Positions 36,202 through 46,617 of a DNA stretch of 64,000 nt are shown here, piece after piece. This DNA is from Bryobacterales bacterium (GTDB taxonomy: Bacteria > Acidobacteriota > Terriglobia > Bryobacterales > Bryobacteraceae), in the NCBI GenBank assembly GCA_963763615.1, contig CAVXPI010000013.1:718-64717 (forward strand), written 5' to 3'. Positions within the stretch are counted from its first letter, which is position 1. Every line of letters starts with the position of its first letter. Made by a program: the position numbers and the translations under genes. Under the pieces are notes generated by a model, which was not told the origin of the DNA, made no database searches, and saw only the letters and a list, made by a program, of their open reading frames with translations.

Positions 36202-36657
36202 ATGCGGCTTATTCCGGTGTTGATCTCCTGCGCGATGGTGGCGGCTGCTGCGGACAAACCCAAACTGCCCGATGGACCCGGCAAGGAGACGATGCAACGC
36301 GTTTGCAGCTCTTGCCATGGACCGGAGATTGTTTTAGGCAAAAAGCTAACGCGCGACGGCTGGAGCCAGATTGTGATGAACATGGTTCAGCGGGGCGCGC
36401 AGGGCACCGACGACGAGTTCGCGGATATTGTCGATTACTTGACCAACACGGTTTCCGTTGAAGCGGCCAAGATTAACGTGAACAAAGCGACGGCGAAACA
36501 ACTGCAGACGGGCCTGGACATTTCAGACAAAGACGCGGATGCGATTTTGCAGTATCGGACTGCGAACGGGGACTTCAAATCGATTGACGATTTGAAAAAG
36601 GTGCCGGGCCTGGACGCGGCTAAGATCGACGCAAAGAAGAGCAAGCTGGTTTTCTAG
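36202..36657 (+). CDS. Exported mono-heme cytochrome-c-like domain fused to a ComEA-type helix-hairpin-helix domain.
   Basis: It has a signal peptide and the CSSCH heme motif followed by ..RDGWSQIVMNMVQRGA... The C-terminal INVNKATAKQLQTGLDISDKDADAILQYRTANGDFKSIDDLKKVPGL is a ComEA-like HhH. Confidence 0.65.
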   Translation: MRLIPVLISCAMVAAAADKPKLPDGPGKETMQRVCSSCHGPEIVLGKKLTRDGWSQIVMNMVQRGAQGTDDEFADIVDYLTNTVSVEAAKINVNKATAKQLQTGLDISDKDADAILQYRTANGDFKSIDDLKKVPGLDAAKIDAKKSKLVF

Positions 36658-36665
36658 GCTCTGGG

Positions 36666-38312
36666 CTAAAGCGGTTCGGTCACATCTAAAACTTGGTTCG
36701 CTTTCACATTGGTAAGCGTTTGTTGGATGCCGCTGGGCCAGCTAATTTTGATCTCTTTCACGATTTGCAAATCGCCAAGTCCGAAATGAACGCCCCAGTC
36801 CGCTGACGAAGCGTAACCGAGCGCGGTGGTCATTTCAGCGTGTTGGGAGCCAATGCGGATCTTCGCGCCAATGCCGTCGCGATTGGAACGCGTACCGCGA
36901 AGTTGAAAAATCAGCCAATTTCCAGCGCTCGGGGTGACGTTTCGCCAAAGTTCGGTAGGTTCGCCCAGTGAGGTGACCACCGCATCGACGCGGCCGTCGC
37001 CGTCAAAATCAGCGAAGGCTGCTCCACGGTGCGCTTTTAGCAAGTTAGCCACACCAGCGTCCGCAGAGACGTCGCGAAAGGTACCGCCGGCGTTCATGAA
37101 TACGGTGTTGTGGTCACGGTAGACGGTCGATTCGAACATCTCTACGCGGTCGTTGACGTGTGAGTTGGCAGTGAAGAGATCTTTCCAACCGTCGTTGTTG
37201 AAATCGAAAAGACCAAGCCCCCAGCCGCTGTGTTTGAGCGCCGCCGCACCCAGTTTGGATCCATACGTTGCGTCCGCGAAGGTGCCTTTTCCTTCGTTCC
37301 GAAAGACGGGATATGTTTCGCCCGCCAGCGCGGTTATAAGCAGATCGGGGCGTCCGTCATTGTCGTAATCTTTGAATTCGACGCCCATGCTGGCGACTGG
37401 TTTCCCAACGTCGCGCAGTGCCGTGCCACTAACGAGACCCACTTCTTCGAATGTGCCATTGCCTTTGTTGTGGAACAGAAAGTTGGGCATGTTGTCGTTG
37501 GTCACGAACGCGTCGGGAAAACCGTCGTTATCGTAGTCGGCGAATGCAACGCTCATGCCGCGCCCGGCGAAGGACTTCAACCCGGCCTTCTCTGTTACGT
37601 CTTCGAACGTGCCATCGCCCCGGTTGCGATACAGGACGCTCGATAAGCCGGGAAAATATTTAGGGTGGCAATAGACGCGAATGCCGCGGGTCGCGTCGCC
37701 ACAATAGCGGTCGTCGGGTAAGGCCCAAGTGGTGTAACGGACCACCCAAAGGTCGAGCTTGCCGTCTTGATCGTAATCAAACCAGCCCGCTGCGACGGAC
37801 CAGCCGTGCGCATTGGCAACGCCCGCTTTTTCGCTGACTTCTTCAAACTTGCCGTTGCCGAGATTGTGGTAGAGCAAGTTGCGATCGACGCCGGCGACGA
37901 AGAGATCGGGTTTGCCGTCGTTGTCATAATCGGCGGCGGCGGCGCCCATGCTATAGCCGATGCCGGATACGCCGGCTTCCTCGGTAACGTCGTGAAATTT
38001 CATGTTGCCGTCGTTGTGATACAGGCGATTCCAGAATTTGGGCGAGGTTTTGGAAAGCGAAGGAACGTCGGCACCGTTAGTGAAATAGATGTCGGGCTTG
38101 CCATCGCCATCGCAATCGAAGACAGCGATGCCGCCCGCCATGGTTTCGATCATGTGTTTGAGCGGGGTGGGATTATTTTCGAGAACGAAATTGAGACCAG
38201 ATTTATTGGCTTGTTCGACGAAACGAATGGGCGGAGTGAACGAGGCGGCACAACAAAAGAGAAGCACGGCCAGCAAAGCCATTCGCGACTGATGTCGAGA
38301 TCGGTATTCCAT
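36666..38312 (-). CDS. FG-GAP/VCBS repeat protein with a C-terminal ASPIC/UnbV-like domain (CRTAC1 family).
   Basis: D.D.DG..D motifs repeat (FDCDGDGKPD, DYDNDGKPD, DYDQDGKLD, DYDNDGFPD, DYDNDGRPD, DFNNDGWKD, DFDGDGRVD), followed by SNRDGIGAKIRI. The start codon is uncertain; the ORF is open to 38402. Confidence 0.85.
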   Translation of the reverse strand: MEYRSRHQSRMALLAVLLFCCAASFTPPIRFVEQANKSGLNFVLENNPTPLKHMIETMAGGIAVFDCDGDGKPDIYFTNGADVPSLSKTSPKFWNRLYHNDGNMKFHDVTEEAGVSGIGYSMGAAAADYDNDGKPDLFVAGVDRNLLYHNLGNGKFEEVSEKAGVANAHGWSVAAGWFDYDQDGKLDLWVVRYTTWALPDDRYCGDATRGIRVYCHPKYFPGLSSVLYRNRGDGTFEDVTEKAGLKSFAGRGMSVAFADYDNDGFPDAFVTNDNMPNFLFHNKGNGTFEEVGLVSGTALRDVGKPVASMGVEFKDYDNDGRPDLLITALAGETYPVFRNEGKGTFADATYGSKLGAAALKHSGWGLGLFDFNNDGWKDLFTANSHVNDRVEMFESTVYRDHNTVFMNAGGTFRDVSADAGVANLLKAHRGAAFADFDGDGRVDAVVTSLGEPTELWRNVTPSAGNWLIFQLRGTRSNRDGIGAKIRIGSQHAEMTTALGYASSADWGVHFGLGDLQIVKEIKISWPSGIQQTLTNVKANQVLDVTEPL

Positions 38313-38435
38313 AACCCGGGGTTGCGAAGATGTGCCGTCCGCCGGTGCCGAGGGTTTGGTTAGTGACGGCGGCAATGGACGAAGCACTATAGTAATATGC
38401 ACATACCATAAAAAAGAATCGGAGATGATCGTGTC

Positions 38436-41400
38436 GTGACGCCTCGCATTGGTTTGTGCCTAATTCTGGCCTCAGTGGTTCAAGGGCAGTCGAATCGGAT
38501 TTCTGGCCCTATCGGCGACTCAGCGCGAGTGGCGCTCTCGGGCCATATTGATCCCAAAGTGGCGGTGGCGAAGGATCTGGGCGCGGTCGACCCGGGGTTT
38601 AGCGTGAACTCGATGGTTTTGCTGCTCAAGCGCTCGGCGGAGCAGCAGCAGGCACTTGAGACATTACTCGCGGAACAGCGCGATCCGAAATCGGCGAATT
38701 ATCATCGATGGCTGAGCGCAGTTCAGTTTGCGGATCGATTTGGGCTAAGCCCTGAAGACTTCGCAAAAGTTGCGGCTTGGATTGAGGCGCAGGGCTTTCA
38801 GATTGAACACCAAGCCGAGGCGCGCAATTGGGTGATGTTTAACGGAACGCCCAGCCAAATCAGCAGCGCGTTTCACACGGAAATCCATAAAGTGGAACTG
38901 GATGGCGTTTCGCACTACGCGAATGTCTCCGACCCGCAGATTCCATTGGCCTTGCGAGATGTAGTGAGCGGTATACAGGGACTGCACAATTTTGAACCGC
39001 CGCCAGCGAGTGAGAACAAGCCAAGGCCTTTGTACACGAATGGCGGCACGGCTTACCTCGGACCCGGCGACTTAGCGGCAGCGTACGATGCCGTACCTCT
39101 TTACAATGCGGGCATCAAAGGGGAGGGGATTAGCATCGCGGTGATTGGGCGTGCGGACTTTGCGATGTCGGACATCGTCGCTTACAAAACTTTGTTCGGC
39201 CTGCCGCTAAATCTGCCACAGACGGTTATGGCTGGCGCGGATCCGGGTTCGGGCAGTCAAGGTGATGTGGCCGAAGCGGAACTTGATTTGGAGATATCTG
39301 GAGGGATTGCGCCCAACGCGGCGATTAAGTATGTGAACTCGCCGAGCGTCATTACATCGGCGATCTACGCGATTGACCAGAACTTAGCGCCGATCATCAC
39401 TTACAGTTACGGTGCTTGTGAGTCGAACAGTACCGTGAGTCCGGCGGCCTGGCAAGGCTATATACAGGAAGCCAACGCAATGGGTATTACGTTTTTCGCC
39501 TCATCGGGCGATGTTGGGCCGGCGGTTTGCGACCGGGGGTCATCGACGGCGACGCACGGCATCACAATGGGGTTGCCTGCGAGCGTTCCTGAAGTGACGT
39601 CGGTGGGGGGTACGCAGATTAGTGGCAATGCTTCGGCGAGCTTTCCGGGCGTTCATAACGAGGTGGCTTGGAACGAAGACGGAATCTATGCTTCGTCAAC
39701 CGGCGGACCCAGCAGCGTTTTTGCAAAACCTTCCTGGCAATCGGGACCTGGCGTGCCTGCCGATGGGAAGCGCGACGTTCCCGATATTGCCTTGGCCGCA
39801 GCCTCTTACCCGGCGGACAATCCGTACGCGACATGTATCGAAGGAGCTTGCGTAGGGGGGAGAGTGAGCGTGGGCGGTGGCACATCCGCAGGGTCGCCGC
39901 TGGCAGCGGGCATTCTCGCTCTAGTCACGCAATACCAGATATCTCATGGCACTCTGAGCGGGCCCGGATTGGGAAATATCAACCCCGGCCTCTACCAGCT
40001 TGTGCAGAACTATCCATTGGCGTTTAGAGACGTGCGTTACGGCAATAACCTGGTGACGTGCACGACTGGCACACCCAACTGCCCGACCGGGGGTTTCGGT
40101 TATAACGCCGGACCTGGTTACGATCTTGTAACTGGGTTAGGCGCGTGGGACGCGTACTATCTGGCGACTTCCTGGAAAGCTCCGACGAATAGGGCAGTCT
40201 CTTCCGTATCCATCGCGCCCACAGCGACTGTCTGCGACACTGCGGTGCAACCGGAAACCTACGTGTATTCGGCCACGGTCAGTACGTCTGCGGCGTCTCT
40301 TGGCGGCGACCTTACGTTCTTTAGCGATATTGGCGGCAACCTTGCGAGAGTGGCGGTTTCTTCGTCTGGATCCACGGCAATGGTATCCGTATCGTTTTCG
40401 AAGCCGGACTTCAACGGAGGGACCGTGTATGCTGTGTACTCGGGAGACGACGGTTCACTGGGAACCGTCTCTACGGAAGTTACACCCAGCCCAATCTATC
40501 CGAATCCTTTGTTGTCTCTTTCGTCCACGTCGCTCTCTGTAATGCCGGGAGTTCCGCTGCTATTAACCGCCTCGTCGCCTGCGTTATGCGGGCCGTTATC
40601 GCAGACAGTTGGGTTTGTCGATCAGTACAATAATGTGCTCTTCCAAGGGAATCAAGGCGGAGCGGGAAGTCTCACATTTAACGCGAACAGTTTGGCGCCG
40701 GGCAGTTATCGAATCACAGCCACTTACAACGGGGGCAACTCTTCTAACACATTGTCTATCAGTATCGCGGACACAGCCAATCCAGGATACTCGTTGAAAG
40801 TGATGGCCGGCGGCAATAGCAGCTATAGCGATACTGGGGACGGAGGCCCCGCCACTGCGGCAACGTTTCAAGATCTTTGGAGTGTGGCAGTTGACGGCAA
40901 TGGAAACACCTTTGTGACGAACCCATTGTGCTGCATCCGGCGCATAGATTCCGCCGGTATCATCACGACTTACGCAACGAATGCGAATGCCAGTAGCTTA
41001 GCCACCGCCCCGGATGGAACTTTGTACACGATTAGCGGATACATGGTTTACAAGATTGTAAACGGGGCGCTGGTTGCTGTAGCGGGGACCGGAGCGCAAT
41101 CTGGATCGTACCAAGGCGACGGCACGCCTGCCTTATCGGCTAACATTTACCCCGAGGCGATAACGGTGGGGCCGGATGGAACCTTATTTATTGCGGATTT
41201 TTCAGCGGGACGAATTTTTCGCGTCGCTAACGGCAATCTTTATACCGTGGCCGGGGGTGGCCAAACGCCGATAGCCGAGGGAGTGGCTGCCAGATCAGCG
41301 TCTTTCGATCCGCTTCGCATCGGTGTGGATGGCGGTGGACTGATGTACCTGGCTGCGTTTGTGGGCGGAACGAACGGGTATTTCGTATACCGAATCGACA

Positions 41401-42884
41401 GCGGCGGAATTTTTCACGTGTTGGCAGGCAATGCAACCGCATCCTACGCCGCCGCAGATCGCCCGGCACTCTCGACGCCGTTTCCAAATATGAGTGCCAT
41501 GGCAGTGGATGCTCAGGGAAATGTTTTCGTGGCCGATGGCGGGAATTATGGAGAATCGCCGACAGTCTGGAGGATCTCTAATGGGCAAGCGATTAGGGTT
41601 GCGGGCAACGGCACCGCAGGTACACAAGCAAGCCAGAACGCTTTGCTCGGCCAGTTACAGCGTCCCGTCGCTATGACCGTAGACTCAAAAGGCAATGTTT
41701 ATGTCGCGAATGGGGGTGTTCTATATCCAGTGTTGCAGCTCCTGCAACCGTATTCCGCAACGCTGAGCACGCCGCTTCGCTTTGTGCCTGTTACGCCGTG
41801 CCGGGTTGCCGACACCCGCTCGAATTCCCCTACATTCGGAGGCACGCTGGCGGCGCAGACTTCACGAGATTTTCCCATCACTGCCAGTGCCTGCGGCATT
41901 CCGGCAACGGCGCAGGCCTACTCACTCAATCTAACGGCCGTTCCGCCGAACGGTATCAGCTACCTTTCATTGTGGCCGACCAATCTGCCGCAGCCTTTCG
42001 TTTCCATCTTGAATTCGGACGGGCGGGTGAAGGCCAACGCCGCCATCCTGCGTGCGGGCGACAACAATAGCGTCAGTGTCTACACGACAGACACGACAGA
42101 CGTAGTTCTGGATATCAATGGGTATTTTGTTCCAGCCACGAATAACTCGTCGGCGCTTGAGTTCTATCCACTTACTCCGTGCCGCGTTGCCGACACGCGC
42201 AACGCTAGCGGTCCGCTGGGAGGGCCGATTTTGCGCTCGGGTCAAACGCGGACGTTCCCAATGCTTTCCAGTTCCTGCGGCATTTCTTCCGCTGCGCGGG
42301 CTTATTCGCTCAATTTTACGGCTGTACCTCCAGGTGGAGTTGGTTACTTGTCGACGTGGCCGGCGGGTTCGGCGCAGCCAGTTGTATCAACTCTGAATTC
42401 ACCCGGCGCTATCGTGGCCAATGCGGCGATTGTTCCGGCCGGTATAAACGGCGACATTGCGGTCTATAGCAGCGACAATACGCATGTCGTGATTGATATC
42501 GACGGTTATTTTGCACCCGCCAGTTCTAGCGGGCTGTCTTTATACACCATGCTCCCGTGCCGCGCTCTCGACACGCGCAATCCAGCAGGTAGCGCCCCTT
42601 TCAATGGAACAATTATTGCCAATCTTTCGAATAGCGGTTGTGCGGTACCGAGTAGCGCGCAAGCTTTTGTGATGAATGCGACTGTGGTGCCGCCCAGTGG
42701 ATTTGGCTATCTCACCCTTTGGCCGGATTTACAGACGAAGCCGTTGGTCTCTACGCTGAATGCATTCGATGGCAAGATTACTTCAAATTTGGCGATTGTT
42801 CCATCGGCAAACGGGTCGGTTGATGCGTTTGGCTCGAGTCCGGTTTATTTGATTCTCGATTTGTCTGGATATTTTGCGCCTTAG
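38436..42884 (+). CDS. 1482-aa secreted sedolisin (S53 peptidase with pro-kumamolisin-type activation domain) + Ig-like domains + NHL repeats + three tandem 127-aa Cys-pair domains.
   Basis: It has a signal peptide from a GTG start and a pro-domain (..HYANVSDPQIPLAL..GLHNF). The catalytic motifs are AELDLEISGG, FASSGDVG and GGGTSAGSPLAAG. NHL-like units include GDGGPATAATFQDLWSVAVDGNGNTFVTN. C-terminal repeats start at about 41772, 42153 and 42534, each with TPCRVADTRN...CG(I/V)P...GY(F)(V/A)P. Confidence 0.88.
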   Translation: MTPRIGLCLILASVVQGQSNRISGPIGDSARVALSGHIDPKVAVAKDLGAVDPGFSVNSMVLLLKRSAEQQQALETLLAEQRDPKSANYHRWLSAVQFADRFGLSPEDFAKVAAWIEAQGFQIEHQAEARNWVMFNGTPSQISSAFHTEIHKVELDGVSHYANVSDPQIPLALRDVVSGIQGLHNFEPPPASENKPRPLYTNGGTAYLGPGDLAAAYDAVPLYNAGIKGEGISIAVIGRADFAMSDIVAYKTLFGLPLNLPQTVMAGADPGSGSQGDVAEAELDLEISGGIAPNAAIKYVNSPSVITSAIYAIDQNLAPIITYSYGACESNSTVSPAAWQGYIQEANAMGITFFASSGDVGPAVCDRGSSTATHGITMGLPASVPEVTSVGGTQISGNASASFPGVHNEVAWNEDGIYASSTGGPSSVFAKPSWQSGPGVPADGKRDVPDIALAAASYPADNPYATCIEGACVGGRVSVGGGTSAGSPLAAGILALVTQYQISHGTLSGPGLGNINPGLYQLVQNYPLAFRDVRYGNNLVTCTTGTPNCPTGGFGYNAGPGYDLVTGLGAWDAYYLATSWKAPTNRAVSSVSIAPTATVCDTAVQPETYVYSATVSTSAASLGGDLTFFSDIGGNLARVAVSSSGSTAMVSVSFSKPDFNGGTVYAVYSGDDGSLGTVSTEVTPSPIYPNPLLSLSSTSLSVMPGVPLLLTASSPALCGPLSQTVGFVDQYNNVLFQGNQGGAGSLTFNANSLAPGSYRITATYNGGNSSNTLSISIADTANPGYSLKVMAGGNSSYSDTGDGGPATAATFQDLWSVAVDGNGNTFVTNPLCCIRRIDSAGIITTYATNANASSLATAPDGTLYTISGYMVYKIVNGALVAVAGTGAQSGSYQGDGTPALSANIYPEAITVGPDGTLFIADFSAGRIFRVANGNLYTVAGGGQTPIAEGVAARSASFDPLRIGVDGGGLMYLAAFVGGTNGYFVYRIDSGGIFHVLAGNATASYAAADRPALSTPFPNMSAMAVDAQGNVFVADGGNYGESPTVWRISNGQAIRVAGNGTAGTQASQNALLGQLQRPVAMTVDSKGNVYVANGGVLYPVLQLLQPYSATLSTPLRFVPVTPCRVADTRSNSPTFGGTLAAQTSRDFPITASACGIPATAQAYSLNLTAVPPNGISYLSLWPTNLPQPFVSILNSDGRVKANAAILRAGDNNSVSVYTTDTTDVVLDINGYFVPATNNSSALEFYPLTPCRVADTRNASGPLGGPILRSGQTRTFPMLSSSCGISSAARAYSLNFTAVPPGGVGYLSTWPAGSAQPVVSTLNSPGAIVANAAIVPAGINGDIAVYSSDNTHVVIDIDGYFAPASSSGLSLYTMLPCRALDTRNPAGSAPFNGTIIANLSNSGCAVPSSAQAFVMNATVVPPSGFGYLTLWPDLQTKPLVSTLNAFDGKITSNLAIVPSANGSVDAFGSSPVYLILDLSGYFAP

Positions 42885-43364
42885 GTGTGCCAATGAAACT
42901 GGCGAATCTAGTGGAATGAAAGGAATCCACCATGTGAATTACCCGTTCAACATGTAGTTGCGCGAGCGAGCGTCGGAGCAATCCGGCGAGTCGAAGCCTC
43001 GCAAAACGAACCTGCGAGCCGTAAAGCAGTTAAACCCGATTCGGCCTCGTGACGCTAAGTGAAGGACGGCCAGCCTGCCTAAGATGGTGAAGCCTGCCAC
43101 CGGTGGAGAAGAAACGGGAGTTGTGCATCCACTGGGCCTTCCGGGGTGGTTGGGGACAGCGCGCAGGGAAAGATTCGTCGAGGAACCTGGGAGATCCGGC
43201 GGCACGGCACGGGAAACCGGGCCAGCAAACTGCGGGAATCCATAACCGTGGAGTGGTGCCGGCCGGAAGTCGGTGAGGCCCGTAGTAGCGGAGAAACGGG
43301 GTAACGCCCGTGGAGCCAAGGGGCCTTACGAAAAGCATGTGATGTAAGAGGAAAGGAGAACCGC

Positions 43365-43721
43365 TTGGAGAAAACTCCCACTACGGAAGACCGGGAAACC
43401 GGGAAACTCTCTTTGCTGAGACAGAAACTCAATCAAAAGGCGAAGCAGGAACCGAAGTTCCGGTTTTATGCATTAATCGACCGGATCTATCGGAGCGATG
43501 TGCTGGAGGAGGCATGGCACCGGGTGCGCGCCAACAAGGGCGCGCCTGGCGTGGACGGCGTGACGATCCAACAGATCGAAACGTCGGAAGCGGGGTTGCA
43601 GAAATGGCTGGATGATATCCAAACAGAGCTGCGCACTAAAACCTACCGCCCTTCAGCCGTACGACGCGTCTGGATTCCAAAGGCTAATGGGAAGCAACGT
43701 CCGTTGGGAATTCCGACGGTG
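43365..43721 (+). pseudogene. Group II intron reverse transcriptase/maturase, N-terminal fragment.
   Basis: It reads ..[38 protein letters not shown]...[26 protein letters not shown], and homology then breaks at 43721. Confidence 0.85.
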
Positions 43722-43724
43722 GCT

Positions 43725-45814
43725 TCATATTGCACCTCGCGCAGGCTGGTTTAGGACTGCGTTGTGATTCTGTATTTTGCTAGAGTGGCGTACCCAATCG
43801 CGAAGGCGTTGTTCGTCTGGCGGGCTGAGTGTAATCCAATAAGGACTCCCCGAGTTCGTTCGGCGCGCCTGGATCACGCCGTGTGTGATCCAGTAGTAGA
43901 CGACGTTTTCGCTAACTGCGAAGTCAGCGGCCACTTGTTGAACCGTTAACTCCTCGGGCTTGCGAAGCACGGCCGGCGCGATCTTATGACGGCACCGAAT
44001 CCACTGGATGATTTTCACTGTATATGGCTTACCGGTGGCACTAACAACCTTTTCTCGATTGAGCTGTTCCGCGATTTGCGCGTCAGGCAAGATGCGAGCC
44101 AGATCGCGAACCCGATCGACAATCGCGGTTGGATATCTTACTTGGTCGGCAACGCGCGGCGGCAGCGGCACGGTGAGATCGCTGCAGGCGCCCCCTGCCA
44201 ACGGATGTGAACGGAGAGCTTCTTTTCCGTGAGCGATTTGGCAACCGTGATGTCTTTGACGAGTAGTCGCAGCATACGCTTGCGATCCTTGGCCTGAGTA
44301 GTGGGAGCATGCCACAAGCGAGGTAAATCTCTGGCTAACGCCAGCACTTTGGCTTTTTGCTCGGGGGTAGCGACGTGGGCTTCTTGTCGCTGAACCTCGG
44401 CGGCCTGCTTTTTGAGATCTTCCCAGTGAAGCAAGGCCTCATTCCAGCGACGTTCCAGTGTGCCCGCTACCAGACGATTCGATGGGTCTACTTCCTGATA
44501 GCGCCGTTCGGCGAGAGCGGCTTCATATTGAGCGCGCTCCAGTCGCATCTGCCATTGGCGGAGGATCGTCTGGTCGCGCGACTCCAACTCTCGCAGAGCT
44601 GCCAATGCGAGTTCTAACTCGGCTGGTTGAAGAGCCCGCAACACTTGTTCAGTGATCGCGCCATCCAGCAGGTTACAGCGAAAGCTCTGGCAATCTTTGG
44701 TCGCCAAGCCTTCCCGACGTAACCAGTTGCACAGATAAATCGGATAGATGCCGCCGTTGCCGGTATAGCGCACAGTTAGAGCCCGTCCGCAATGACCGCA
44801 CAACAACAACCCTTGCAGTAAAGCCAAGCCTTCGCGTGCCGCGCCACTCAGCAGCATATCGTCACCGTTGGTGCGGTTCTTTTCTAAGCGGCGTTGATTT
44901 TCAAAAAACTCTTCCAAACTGATGTATCCCTCGTGATGCTGTTGCAAGTTCACGCGCCAATTCGGCATAGCGACTGCATGCATCCGCTGGCAAACTTCAC
45001 CCTGCGGGCTGATTTCGCGGCGATACTGATAGCGGCCAAAAACATACATGCCAGCATAGGATGGATTTTTGAGCAAGCCGAGTACACGCGAGTGACTCAG
45101 CCGCCCCCATATAATCTTGCCATCCCAAGCCCCACCATAAGCCCGTTTGGGAAATCGCAAAGCGCCTTTCACGAAGCGCTGCATCACAGCATAGGCGGTA
45201 CCCGTTTCGCGAAAGATGCGAAACACCAGCGCCACTGCTCCCCGCACTTCTTCATCGGGATCCAAAGTGATGCGGCCTTGTTCGTCGTAGCTAAAACCAA
45301 CGGGCAGTGGAAAACGCAACTCGCCTTTCTTGGCTTTGTTGAGCTTACCGCCTTGGAGGCGCGCGCGCAGGAAATGGAGTTCTGCCTGCGCCATGGTGCC
45401 CTTCAATCCGAGCACCAGACTGTCGTTGAAATCGGCTGGATCGTAGCAGCCATCTTCGTCGATGACGAGCGTCTGGGTGAGGGCACATAGCTCCAACAGT
45501 CGATGCCAATCCAAGTTCGAGCGTGCCAGTCGCGAGGCTTCCAAAGCAAACACCGCGCCCACTTGCCCCATCGAAACATCCGCTACCAAGGTCTTGAAGT
45601 CCTCGCGCCTGGTCATCTCCGTACCCGTCTTCCCCAGGTCCCGGTCGAGGATGCGAATCGCGGTCTCGCTCCATCCCAACTGCAGCGCCATCTCCCGCAA
45701 CGCGTACTGACGCTCGGTACTCTCCTGATGGTGGCGCACTTGGCCCGGCGTTGACTGACGCAGATAAATGTAGGCAGGTTTGCTCCGGTGCTGTTCTGCA
45801 ATCTTTGAGTTCAT
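43725..45814 (-). pseudogene. Large serine recombinase with an apparent 1-nt frameshift in a homopolymer.
   Basis: ATG 45814 is preceded by GGAGGTGG. The resolvase-type N-domain reads AYIYLRQSTPGQ...FALEASRLARS, followed by recombinase and zinc-ribbon regions (CGHCGRAL). The frame ends ...HIRWQGAPAAIS..* at 44138. The adjacent frame continues GGACSDLTVPLPP...VDRVRDLARILPDAQIAEQLN... to 43725. The switch is at the C5 run 44191-44195 (plus strand). Confidence 0.75.
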
Positions 45815-45950
45815 CGGCCACCTCCGCCGCGGTGAAGAAGTGCGGGTCGCTGGCGAGCCACGCTTCGAGCATATTGGCGAGGAGCACACCACCCAACCCG
45901 GCATCCAGCGGGGCGGGAAGAGTGGGGAGTGCTGTGCTCACAACGATCCT

Positions 45951-46289
45951 TTACAGCGCCTCGCGGCGGCGCAGGAGTTCGCGGTTGATCTCGCAGATCT
46001 GTCCTAAGAGCTCGCGCGCTCGCTGGTAGTTGGCCAGGAACTCGCTGGCCTGCTCGAAGCACTCCTGCGGCACATAATCCATTTGCGGCCGCAGGCCCGG
46101 GTAGCTTACCGAAAGATAATACTTGGGACCATGACCGCGGCCATCGGCACACTTGCATCCGAGCTTGCCGCAGCGTTTGTAGCGCTCGATGAGAGAGCCA
46201 CGCAGGATGGCATCGAGCGGTGGCAGTTGGCGCAGCAGCGCTTGACGGCGTTTGCGCAAGGCGGCGGTCGATTGTTTTGGTGTTTCCAT
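45951..46289 (-). CDS. Small Cys/Gly-rich protein of the recombinase cassette (resembles the family I recall as DUF6788).
   Basis: It reads ..LRGSLIERYKRCGKLGCKCADGRGHGPKYYLSV.. and is 112 aa. A 7-bp hairpin (CAGACCA...TGGTCTG) lies just upstream of its ATG. Confidence 0.65.
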   Translation of the reverse strand: METPKQSTAALRKRRQALLRQLPPLDAILRGSLIERYKRCGKLGCKCADGRGHGPKYYLSVSYPGLRPQMDYVPQECFEQASEFLANYQRARELLGQICEINRELLRRREAL

Positions 46290-46338
46290 CAGACCACGTA
46301 TATGACTGGTCTGATTGTAATCGATATAAATGCATCTT

Positions 46339-46617
46339 TCAACTCCTTTTATTGACTGACTCGTTGTTATCTAGCTGCTCTAGTAAAGTGACCAATTCCA
46401 AAAGAGAATGGACATCGAGTCGCTGCGGCGCTATGCCGAGCAACTCATAGGCGGACGGATCGGCCCAGTCCGTCCACTCGCGCGCGACACTGACGCTGCC
46501 ACGATCCTGCTGAAGTAGCAAGAGAGTGTCGATGCCTGCAACTTTCCGCTGCTTGAGGACTTCGAAACGCTGGCCTCTGAGTGGATGAAAAGGATGCCGG
46601 ATCTCAGCCCATCCCAA
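46339..46617 (-). CDS. Small protein of the recombinase cassette (resembles the Y4bD/Y4pK, DUF5372-type family).
   Basis: It reads ..[50 protein letters not shown]... The listed ORF start at 46776 lies outside the insert. The only in-element start candidate I see is TTG at 46617, so the start is uncertain. Confidence 0.55.
   Translation of the reverse strand: MGWAEIRHPFHPLRGQRFEVLKQRKVAGIDTLLLLQQDRGSVSVAREWTDWADPSAYELLGIAPQRLDVHSLLELVTLLEQLDNNESVNKRS

Noticed and set aside
42939-43432. Three overlapping minus-strand ORFs (102-126 aa) downstream of the sedolisin gene.
   Set aside because: They lie antisense to the structured 5' part of the group II intron RNA and have Pro/Arg/Ser-rich translations without motifs.
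45345-46335. Minus-strand ORFs 45345-45941 and 45811-46335 overlapping the recombinase and the small Cys-rich gene.
   Set aside because: They are alternative frames of regions already explained by genes with clear motifs and RBSs.
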